From: Octopus vulgaris
Lineage: Eukaryota
Length of the DNA stretch: 64,000 bases
Direction of reading: 5' to 3'
Assembly: GCA_951406725.2 (NCBI GenBank)
Contig: OX597823.1
Location: 93,434,001-93,498,000, forward strand
Shown here: one piece after another, positions 53,964 to 64,000 of the stretch
How the letters are laid out: the number at the start of each line of letters is the position of its first letter
How positions within the stretch are numbered: the stretch's first letter is position 1
Program-made: the position numbers and the translations under genes
The notes under the pieces: generated by a model
What the model was told of the DNA's origin: nothing
The model's input: only the letters and a program-made list of their open reading frames with translations
Databases searched by the model: none

Positions 53964-54984
53964 TATATGTATGTAGACACATGTACCAACATATATCTGT
54001 GCGTTTACGTACGACTGCGAGTGTATGTACGAGTGCGTGTATGTGTTTGTGTATGTGTGTGTGTATGTGTGTGTGCGTACGTGCGTGCACGTGCCAATTT
54101 ACGTATGCGTATACATGAATGATTTTATTCCTCTCTAATTGTTCGGGATATTTCCATTTCAATTACGTCAGCTTATTATTACGTTTCTCAAGTCGCTACC
54201 GGCGTATATTTTGCTATAATTGTCTCGAGAATGCAAAATATTGTTAAACCGAACAGGAGATTGTGTATATAAATACTTATTGCTCTATCTGTTTCTTTGG
54301 TGGATATTTGGCATCTGACCATCTATGTATTTCAGTATTATATCTAAATATCATTTAATAGTTATGTGTTTCAGTATGTGCTTGTCTCTGTGCGTGAGTG
54401 AGTCGTCAAGCGTTATACATGAAAATATATTTCCTGTTTATAACATATTAATATATCGTATTAATATTCAGTACTTCGCATTATTTATATCGAGTTGATA
54501 TAAAAAATATATCATGCATTGTTAGGTTTGGCAATATATTGACATTTTACGCGAAATTCATAGTCTGCTCTGGGGTGCAAGTGAGGCTGTTAAATCGCTT
54601 TTGTATTTTACAATTTATAAAATATACAATAACAATAATAAAAATATATGATAAAATATATGATGGCACGATATGATAGCAATATATATTAGAACACATA
54701 GCAAGATATGATAAAATGTATATAATAAATATATCTGGTGACAATATATGATAAAATATTATGATAATAATATTATGATAAAATTTATGACAAATTAACA
54801 TCGTAATGAGGATAATTATTAACAATATAAATACATAAAGACAACACACGACACACTAAGACAAACAGTCACTCACATAAATACGTATGTATGTATGTAC
54901 TAATGTTTGCTAATATATAAAATTTTAATTAATTTTTGTTTTAATATATAAAATTTTAATAAAGGCAATTTTACATTAACCTCA

Positions 54985-55125
54985 AGGATTATTCTAAACA
55001 ATACTTTTTGTGTTACCATTGACTTCGAAGTTACAGCCTGCTTAGCCTTCATCGAGCAAATGAAGTTGGACGAGAATGAAGCCTTAGACGTCACTCTCAA
55101 CACTATTCTTGTCAAAGAATTTAAT
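54985..55125. mobile_element. older P1-like remnant
   Basis: Minus 55018-55058 TCGATGA-AGGCT-AAGC-AGGCT-GTAAC-TTCGAA-GTC has the same ACTTCGAAGT stem III as 46742-46751. The right arm is faint. Confidence 0.45.
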
Positions 55126-55301
55126 GCACATATACACATATGTATATATGTGTGTGTGTGCGTATATATATATATATATATATACACATACATATACACA
55201 TATATATACATATATACATACATATACACATATATATATATACATATATACATACATATATATACATATATACATACATATATACATAGATACACTCTCT
55301 C

Positions 55302-55339
<38 letters not shown>

Positions 55340-55369
55340 GGGAAAGAACGAGAAGCAGAGAGAGAGTGA

Positions 55370-56209
55370 TGGGTATATTGACGCCATCTTATATTTTTAA
55401 TTTTAGGCATGCACATTGATTCTCTTTGATTTTGTCGAGTGCAAACTATAGTAGGTTCGGTTGGGCACCGTCTGCGAGGAAAATGGCACCGTGCGGTAAT
55501 TCAGTCTGTCAGAATTTTCGAAACTATATGCTTTACCGCTTGGCATTCGCCCTGGAAACTTCATTATAAACATTTCAGAGTGTTTGGATGTCAATCTGAG
55601 GACAGTGCAATCTGAGGACATGTACCGAGAGTGATAAAAATCAAAAATCAAACATCATTGTGTTTGAGTGATCACTAGTGACGACGACATTACGCCACTA
55701 TTCATCACATATAACAAGGGAGCCTATATCAAGAGCATGGAGGTGGTAGTGCTGGCCTGGGTCCAAGTGGATGGCTGCTGGAACACCCTATGTCTGACAA
55801 CAGGACTATGCATCATGCCACACAAGCATGAGAACCCAGTCATTAACGTGAGACAATTTCAGCAACCAGATCATCCCTAAAATCTGACCACATAATTCCC
55901 CAGACTGAAATCCCCTTACATATTATGTGTGGGGCGCAGTGGAGCGAGAGACCAACAAAACCCCTTGTGATACAAATGATGAACTGGAGATAAGGACTAT
56001 GGCTGCAGTCTCCAACTTAAACAAGGAGACCGTCCAGAAGAGTTGGAGGAGATACGGAATTGGCTGGAGGCCATGATTTTATTGAACAGAGTTACCTTTT
56101 AAGATTACAAGGTATTCTTATCTATTTTTTGTAAATATATCTGTTAAACTGATATGTGAGTGTTATTTTCATTTTGGCCTTATTGAGACAATTTATTCAC
56201 CGCACCCTG
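55370..56209 (+). mobile_element. decayed Tc1/mariner-superfamily element
   Basis: Collinear with the reverse complement of 60574-61446. Remnant NSPD*NPLTYYVWGAVERETNK. Confidence 0.85.
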
Positions 56210-56240
56210 CCTCCCTTTCTCACCCTCTCTTTCTCTCTCG

Positions 56241-56273
<33 letters not shown>

Positions 56274-56295
56274 TGTATGTATGTATGTATGTACG

Positions 56296-56368
<73 letters not shown>

Positions 56369-56682
56369 ATATAATGGAGATATAGCATTAATATATATTA
56401 CCTGCAAAATATATTATAAAGAATTACAATAAATGTTCCATCTCCATTTTCTGAATTTCCTTTTGAATATTCATAAAAGAACATTGATATTTAGACCTAT
56501 TATCATATGAATATTATCATTCACCAAAAAATATTAGGCAATGAAACAGTAATTCATTGTATATTACTATGCCTTAAGGAGAGGCTATTTTAACCTCTAA
56601 TTGAACGTGTAAATATGTGTGTGTGACATGTGTGTGTGTACAAGTATATATATATATATTTATATACATATTATACAATATA

Positions 56683-56714
<32 letters not shown>

Positions 56715-56751
56715 CATATATATATAGAGAGAGAGATAGATAGATAACTAA

Positions 56752-56820
<69 letters not shown>

Positions 56821-57759
56821 GAGATAGATAGATAGATAGATAGATTGATAGATAGATAGAAAGAAAGCTATACATATATATATTTGTATATAAACATGTA
56901 CATAGGAAAAGAAGGAAACAAGCAGATAGAGAGAGAGGGAGGCAAATGTATTATACATTCGTGTCTTTAAATATATACGCATGGTATTGTTATTGCATAA
57001 TAGATTATATGCGATTATAATCTCAATAACTTCGATAATCCATATATTGACATCTCAAATATTTGTTCTTGCAATGTTCTAATGCTGCTGGTTCTGATAT
57101 AACCGCCCACCCCTACTATTACTATTGATCTTGAAAAAATTTTGTGCAGAACTCTCATCGCAAAATGCTGCTTTGACGGTCAACGGATCATGCTTCAAGT
57201 AGATTTGTGCGTTATACTCATGAAGGTTACTCTTGCGTTTGCAACAGTAATGAAGATATTCTTGCCTGCATATAGTGAATTCACAGACAGACCTGTATGT
57301 TTCATTTTGAAATTGCATTTATCGTTACCTGAAACCAAATCGACGCGTCGATAAACGATACCTTCATCTTACCCACGATGATTTCATTACGCAGACGACA
57401 CATCGGTATACAAATTCGATTATGTGACCATAAAGGAATAGCTCGTTTATCATAGTAATCAACGATTTGATTTTACAGATGCATATCTCTCTGAAAGCTG
57501 AGGCGTTCACTACATGCAGCATCTCATGCAGTGTAGGTCAAATTTAATTTAATATACTGGTAATTCATGCGGTAATAATATGATTTAAGCATAAAACATC
57601 ATATTGACAAATATGCTTGTATAAACGAATAAAGCTGTGCGATATAACCAAGATACAGAATGGCAGAATATATTCGCTCCTGACATATGTTTGCTTATCA
57701 ATGTGGAAATTTGTATGCATAAGTATCTATGCATAAATGCGTATATATATAAACATTAA

Positions 57760-57995
57760 TAAAAGGGTAAAATTAATAATTTTTTTCTTTTGTTTCAGCT
57801 CAGAGCTTCGGCATTAATTAATTAATTTCTCATTAATAATTTTACCAAGTAGTATTATATACCTAATTATAATTATATACAAGATCTGGGAGACCTTTAT
57901 GATAGTAGAAAAGGCATTTAGCACCTATTTCTAAATCGTAGGGTGACGAAGCCATTAGCTGATCTCTTGATTATAATTATGTATATAATTATAGA
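57760..57995. repeat. AT-rich interspersed repeat, related in inverted orientation to 11395-11470, containing a tiny CR1-type tail
   Basis: aagggtaaaattaat...aataattttacc.agtag is shared with 11415-11463(-). gtttcagctcagagct at about 57792 matches 3387-3402. Confidence 0.45.
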
Positions 57996-58044
57996 ATATT
58001 TATATATATGTGTGTGTGTATATATGTATACACACACACACACA

Positions 58045-58075
<31 letters not shown>

Positions 58076-58289
58076 CATATATATGTATATGTATGTATAT
58101 ATATATGTATATATATATATATATATATATACATATATACATATATATATGTATACATACATATATATACATATACATATATATATACATACATATATAT
58201 GTATATATATACATATATATATGTATGTATATATATATAAATATACATACATACAGAGACACACACATATATATGTATATATATGGTAG

Positions 58290-58745
58290 GTAGTCCATTG
58301 GTATCCGCCTTCCCTGAAGACAAACCCTGTGTTCTTAGCGATGAGAACGCCTTTGGCTCTGCAGTCCGAAGCCCGAAGCTCACAGGCGCCTATAAATGTA
58401 ACAGCAGTAGTCTGTTGACTGGATGAGGTGGATGCTGCTTTGTGGCGCCTTTCTCTTGCAATATCGAGACGTTGTCACTGGCCCACTTCGAATGCAGCTG
58501 CTGCTCGTGGGATATGACATTGATGTGTCTGTGACAGAAGCTTCGAGTTTCGGTGGTCTAATGCTGCACCATTTCTGGTTACTCTTCAGACTGATTTGGT
58601 ACCTCGGTTTAAATGTTGCTAGTTTGCGTGCACTTGACGTGCAATAACTGTCTGGTTACACGGTTGTCAGTCATTTTAATGACATGGCCAATTTAGCGTA
58701 ACTGAGATTTCAGCGACATTGCTTCACTGCTTGTTGAACAAGCTC
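58290..58745 (-). mobile_element. decayed RTE-clade LINE 3' fragment
   Basis: Minus strand QLR*IGHVIKMTDNRVTRQLLH...LKSNQKWCSIRPPKLEAS...AAAAFE...ARERRHK. Confidence 0.7.
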
Positions 58746-58777
58746 AGTCTAGTATAGATAGACAGACAGACAGACAA

Positions 58778-58904
<127 letters not shown>

Positions 58905-59841
58905 TAGATGCAGATTTTCTCATTCCCACACATATATACATATACAGGGATGTATATATGTAAATACAAGCACAAGCATTCACTCATATCTATATCCATT
59001 TAAACACACACACAAACGCATATATATATATACACATGTGTGTCTGTGTGTGCTTATTAATGTAATTGATGAAGTAACTGAAGCATTTCCGACGTGGGAT
59101 CGAACCCATGATGCATGTGTCTCTGTTTTAATGTACCTGCGCATCCGCTCTTTAACTCTCCACCCTATATTTCTTCAATAGTATGTCCCAAACACATCTA
59201 GCTAGGTATACGTAAATACATACATACGAATATATGTATACATTAACGCATGCGTCTGTATGCTTCCGTGCATGTGTACCCAAGCTTTAAATACCATGAC
59301 ATATGTAGAAAATAGACCGCATACAGATTTTGGTGAATAGAATGTTTTGTTACATATACCCTTTTATGTGGAAACGATCGGCAGATAATTAGACGTTCAG
59401 GTAATGCGTGTCATTCAATGAGAGTGACTGAAATGTCAATTTCAAAACTTAAGTGGTTCGAAAAGTTGCTTTCTTTGTACAGCTGAAAATATCAGACAGT
59501 TCTCTTGGTTCATATAATGTGGGACTTGTCACACATAGCTATTGCAGATGAAGGAGAAAAAGAAAAGGGGGAAAGCGAAGAAGAAGAAGAAAATGATAAG
59601 GAGGATGTCTCGGCAGGAGAAGCTAAACGAGAATATATATATATGCACAGACTTGAGTATATGACCAGGCATTTATTTATACAGATGCACATTTCTCTAT
59701 TGCACTCACACTTCATATATAGACACACGCACATAGGCAGACGCACCACGCGTACACAAATATGTGAGGCTCATAAATACATAAATTACACACATACTAC
59801 CAATCCGTATATACCTCCGTATTTTGTACGGAGGTATATAC

Positions 59842-60029
59842 GACCTCGTGAGTACCGTTGCGATTTTTTTCCTCTGTCTTCCCTTCTCGGGATCTTTCCT
59901 TCTCCTATGTTTCCGACAAAGAGCTCCGCTCGAAACGTTAGACCCTCCTTCTTCCCTTCTTTCCTGAGCGTCCAATAATACTATATTTGTTCCACGTTCT
60001 CGCGTTGTTGTGTTTTCTTGTTTGGATTA

Positions 60030-60033
<4 letters not shown>
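59842..60033 (+). mobile_element. pLTR-type element H3 with degenerate minimal hammerhead (59909-59943)
   Basis: GTTT-CCGACAA-A-GAGC-TCC-GCTC-GAAAC-GTT-AGAC, ending in (TA)n. Confidence 0.75.
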
Positions 60034-60110
<77 letters not shown>

Positions 60111-60190
60111 TTATACCACCATAATTTTGGTGTATATATATATATACCCCCATAATTTGGGTATACATATATATATCCCCATATTTTGTG

Positions 60191-60234
<44 letters not shown>

Positions 60235-60573
60235 TGTATATATATGTACATATATACATACATATATGTTATATCTCTTAATAGGTCTTACTAACGACCT
60301 CATTATTGGTGTTTTTAGCATTAATAATGCTTTCATTTAGTTGCTATATACTATATACATATATCAATCTCTCTCGCTCTCTCTCTCTCTCTATATATAT
60401 ACATACATACATGCGTACATACATACATACATACATACATACATACATACGTACATACATACATACATATACATATATATGTATACATGTGTGTGTGTAT
60501 GCGTGTGTATGTGTGTGTATGTGTGTATACAAGCCTACGTTCCTATACACACCCACCACATATCTAGATCCCA

Positions 60574-61446
60574 CAGGTTGTGGTGTATGAATTGTCGTCT
60601 AATTTACGCAAAAATGAGAATAACACTGACATCTCATTTAAACAGATATTATTTACCAAAAGTATATAAAAAAAATCTTGATGTACTAAAGGTTAAATTT
60701 ATTCAATAAAATCTCCATTGGATTGGCTTCAACCACGGCCTCCAGATGACTTCGAAATCTCCTGCAAATCTTCTGAACAGTCTCCTTGTTTAAGGTGGTG
60801 AATGCTGCTATAAACCTTACTTTCAGTTCATCTTTGGTGTTACAAGGAATTTTGTTCGTCTCTCGCTCAACTGCGCTCCACACATAATAATGAAGGGGGT
60901 TGAAGTCTGGGGAATTCTGCGGCCAGATGTTAGAGGTGATGTGGTCGCAGAACTTGTCTGACAACCATAAGTAGTTTCTTCTGCTTATGTGACATGGTGC
61001 TGAGTCATAATGTCAGACGTAGTGTGTTCCAGTAGCCACCCTCTTGACTCAGGGCAGCACTACCACCTCCATGCACTTCATGTAGGCTACCTTCTTGTGT
61101 GTGAGGCCATGTGGGAAGATTAATGGTGGTGTAACGTCGCCATCACTAGTGATCACTCAAGACACAATGTTGATTGGATGTTTGATTTTTATCACTCTCA
61201 GTAAATGTCATCAGATTGACCCCAAACACTCTGAAGTGTTCCTGCTGACGCTTCCAGCGCGAATGCCATGAAATACAGCATATCGTTTCCAAATTTGTAT
61301 CAGAGTGAATAGCATCACGGTGCTATTCTTCCCACAAATGGTGCTCGACCGACCCTACTATTGTAGTCGGCAAAATCAAAAACAAATAATCGGCATGCGT
61401 AAAATTAGAAATATAAATCAGCGACAATTTACCAACAGGCAACCTG
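60574..61446 (-). mobile_element. internally deleted Tc1/mariner-superfamily element
   Basis: TIRs CAGGTTG...AATTGTCG. WPQNSPDFNPLHYYVWSAVERETNK...RFRSHLEAVVEA. Confidence 0.9.
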
Positions 61447-61521
61447 TATATGAATACTAAAAGTGATAATAATGAATAATAATAAGACAATAACAATATC
61501 AATGTTACTCTTTTACTAAAT

Positions 61522-61745
61522 GTAGTGACTTCGTGGTTACGGCATTTGGCTCACGATCGCAAGGCCGTGAGGACAAACTCCGACGACGCGTTGTGTCCTT
61601 CAGCAAGACACTTTAATACACGTGGCTGAAATCCACTCAGGTGATAAAAATGAATAGTACCTGTATTTCTTGGGGCCAAACTCGTCATATTCTGTGTCAG
61701 GCTGATTTTCCCTTAGAACTACGTTAAGGGTACACGTGTCAGTGG
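61522..61745 (+). mobile_element. decayed type C-related SINE
   Basis: gtggtta...gctcacgatcg...ttgtgtcctt.agcaagacacttta...agaactacgttaagggtacacgtgtc. Confidence 0.75.
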
Positions 61746-64000
61746 ATTTATGTTGACTTTTTCTGCGTCTCTCTATTTAACCTTCTCCCTCTCACTGTGT
61801 AATGTAAAACATAAATGGAGAAATTTACAGCCAACCAACGGCTATTCGTATACAAAGATAACTGTATACGAATTATTATAATTAATAACGGGAATTATAA
61901 TAATTATAATAAATTAGTAGTGAATCGAATGCAAACTGGAAATCAAAACCACCCAGCAATGAGTGGAATTATCTATGTGCGGTTTCAGTTATTCAATAGA
62001 AAGTTATTAAGATTAAATTCAAAGAAATGCACCAACTGCAATATTTAAGAAAAGGAAAAGTGGGTATAAAAGCCAAATTGTGCTTCTTTACTTCGATTTT
62101 CGTGTTTATCCATCCTACGGTCACTAATGCTGGGTACAAAATCGAACGAGTACGAGCCCCAAGACAAGTAGTGGGAATGAGGCTGCTCTGAAATATCTCC
62201 GGAGTAACGTTACTCGATGGAGAATATGTTTTGGAGATGAGGGAGACCTTCCAAGTGGAGCCGTGACTTCTTTGTACACAATTCCGGGGTGATCAGAATA
62301 TCGCAAGTAGAGCCAACTGGCTGGAAACCACGATATACAAGAAGAACAACACGGTTGGATAATACCTAAAATTCCAGTTAGCCACGCTGAAAATTTCAGC
62401 CAAAACCTGTAATGATTGTTTCTTCTGATTGTACCCAAGGTGTGAGGTATTTCAGAACCCTACCCTGAAGAGGCTTCAAGGAATTGTAGGTAAAGGAAAC
62501 GAATGGCTAGTTGAATGGACATTCAAAGTGTATGGCTGCGAACTCAGGAATTAAATTGTGTCGTGTTGCTTCGAGTATTTTTCGCTGTTTACGAAACTAA
62601 TATTGGAATTTTACCGATTAATATTAGTAAAAATATTCCAAAATAAGCATACAAAAAATGGAATAAATAAATCTTAAGTAGAGAAGAAAAATACAATTTT
62701 ATATTAATTTCAAACATTCATATTGATATTTTCTACGAAGAAAATATTTTATTAAGAAAGCATATGATGATTATAATGAAGAAGGAGGAAGGAAAAAATG
62801 AGAATGAGGATGGGGAGGAGGATGAAAGTCTGTTATTTATTTGAAGCTCTAGTAGAAATTTATGAAAATCACATACAAAATATTATCAAAGCTCGGTGCA
62901 TGCAGTTAAAACACCATTACATTATGAATATCAACTGTATTCTACACTTCACGCAAATGTACCATTGACGGGCATGATGCTGTTGCCTTTGAGAGAAAAT
63001 TTCTTCGTAGTCATGTTGTGAGACGAATGCCATTTCACATTTCAGCAGAGACTCACGGAAACAGCACCGTATCATATATATTAAAATTTCAATCAAAGCC
63101 GTCGTCACATGGTCTGCAATGCTCAGGAGTTTTTACCAGGCCACATTTTCTGTTGCCCAAATCCATTGTAAATTATGCCAAACCAGGAAACGAATCGCAT
63201 CACTTTGTCCCTTATTTGCGTCCCTATCAGCACGACTAACAATTTTCCCAGGTTAGAAGACACACTACAATATCTTTAGTATTATTCTGCTTCTCCGGGG
63301 TGTTCCTATGCTCGAGTATTACGTATTAACCTTGAATATGGAAAGCAATCAAAGATGGAGTCACAATCTTCAGCTAGCGTTATAAAACAACGTCGTGAAG
63401 AAATAGAAATTTATGCATCTCAACAGAAATACGAAAATGTATAAAAGCTACAATCACCATAAGTCCCGCTAGTATTATATAAATATCTTAACACCATATA
63501 CTTTGAAAGATCCATTAATCATCGTCTTAGATAAATGCATTGAACGGAAGAAGCACTACATCGAGTTTTATGTTCAAACTTCTAATGCATTTTGTTGCAT
63601 TAAAAAATAAATCTAAAAGATATTGCGAGGATTCTTAGCTTTAAAGCATCGTTGATTTATTAACGGAAAGCAATAGAGAATGTTAAAATTGAAACGTAGT
63701 CATCTGAAAGTTGGTTGGTTTGTTGATATATATCTATTGGTCAAGTAAAGTTTTGTTGTGTAAAAAAAGGAAAAAAAAAACGTTTATTGTATTTTTATGT
63801 TTATTGCGGTTAAGATTGGTTTTTCCTAATATATAACAATTTTTAACGGTCATGTTTGCATATTTTTTATTGTCTTACTGTTTGACTGTGATACTTTTAT
63901 GACAATATTGTGAGTATTCGTTGCAAACATGACATTCCCATTTACGGTACATCCTCCTCCCTGATGAACACTATAGAAAAAGCGCAAACCATCTGCGAGG

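Noticed and set aside
62100-62520. GC-balanced segment with a 104-aa minus-strand ORF
   Set aside because: No recognisable domain and stops in the plus frames. Probably an old TE fragment.
63953-64000. CTGATGA-ACACT...AGCG-CAAAC near the window end
   Set aside because: G12 and the NUH triplet are missing and the context is cut off. At most a decayed relic.

Overview
AT-rich, microsatellite-saturated eukaryotic non-coding DNA (gene desert or large intron). The SINE families, LINE clades and (TA)n/(TAGA)n/(TAA)n load look like an Octopus-type cephalopod genome (inference). I found no credible host exon, and almost all of the ORF track is microsatellite read-through. The window holds four tRNA-derived SINE types, decayed CR1/L2-group and RTE LINE fragments, Tc1/mariner relics, MITE-like fold-backs and a 5x117-bp minisatellite. 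A cluster of R4/Dong-type (RLE) retroelements sits in (TAA)n arrays. The main hidden signal is about ten type I hammerhead ribozyme (HHR) motifs from several unrelated short-element families next to microsatellites. One has a perfect core and a long stem II (42805-42917). Three clear palindromic elements, plus one weak one, carry an HHR or HHR remnant on each arm (46642, 48467, 52301; 54985). One Dong copy has a fold-back 5' junction, and one RTE fragment has an in-frame (KRAAR)17 expansion. Coordinates were read by eye, so the ends of decayed repeats are approximate.
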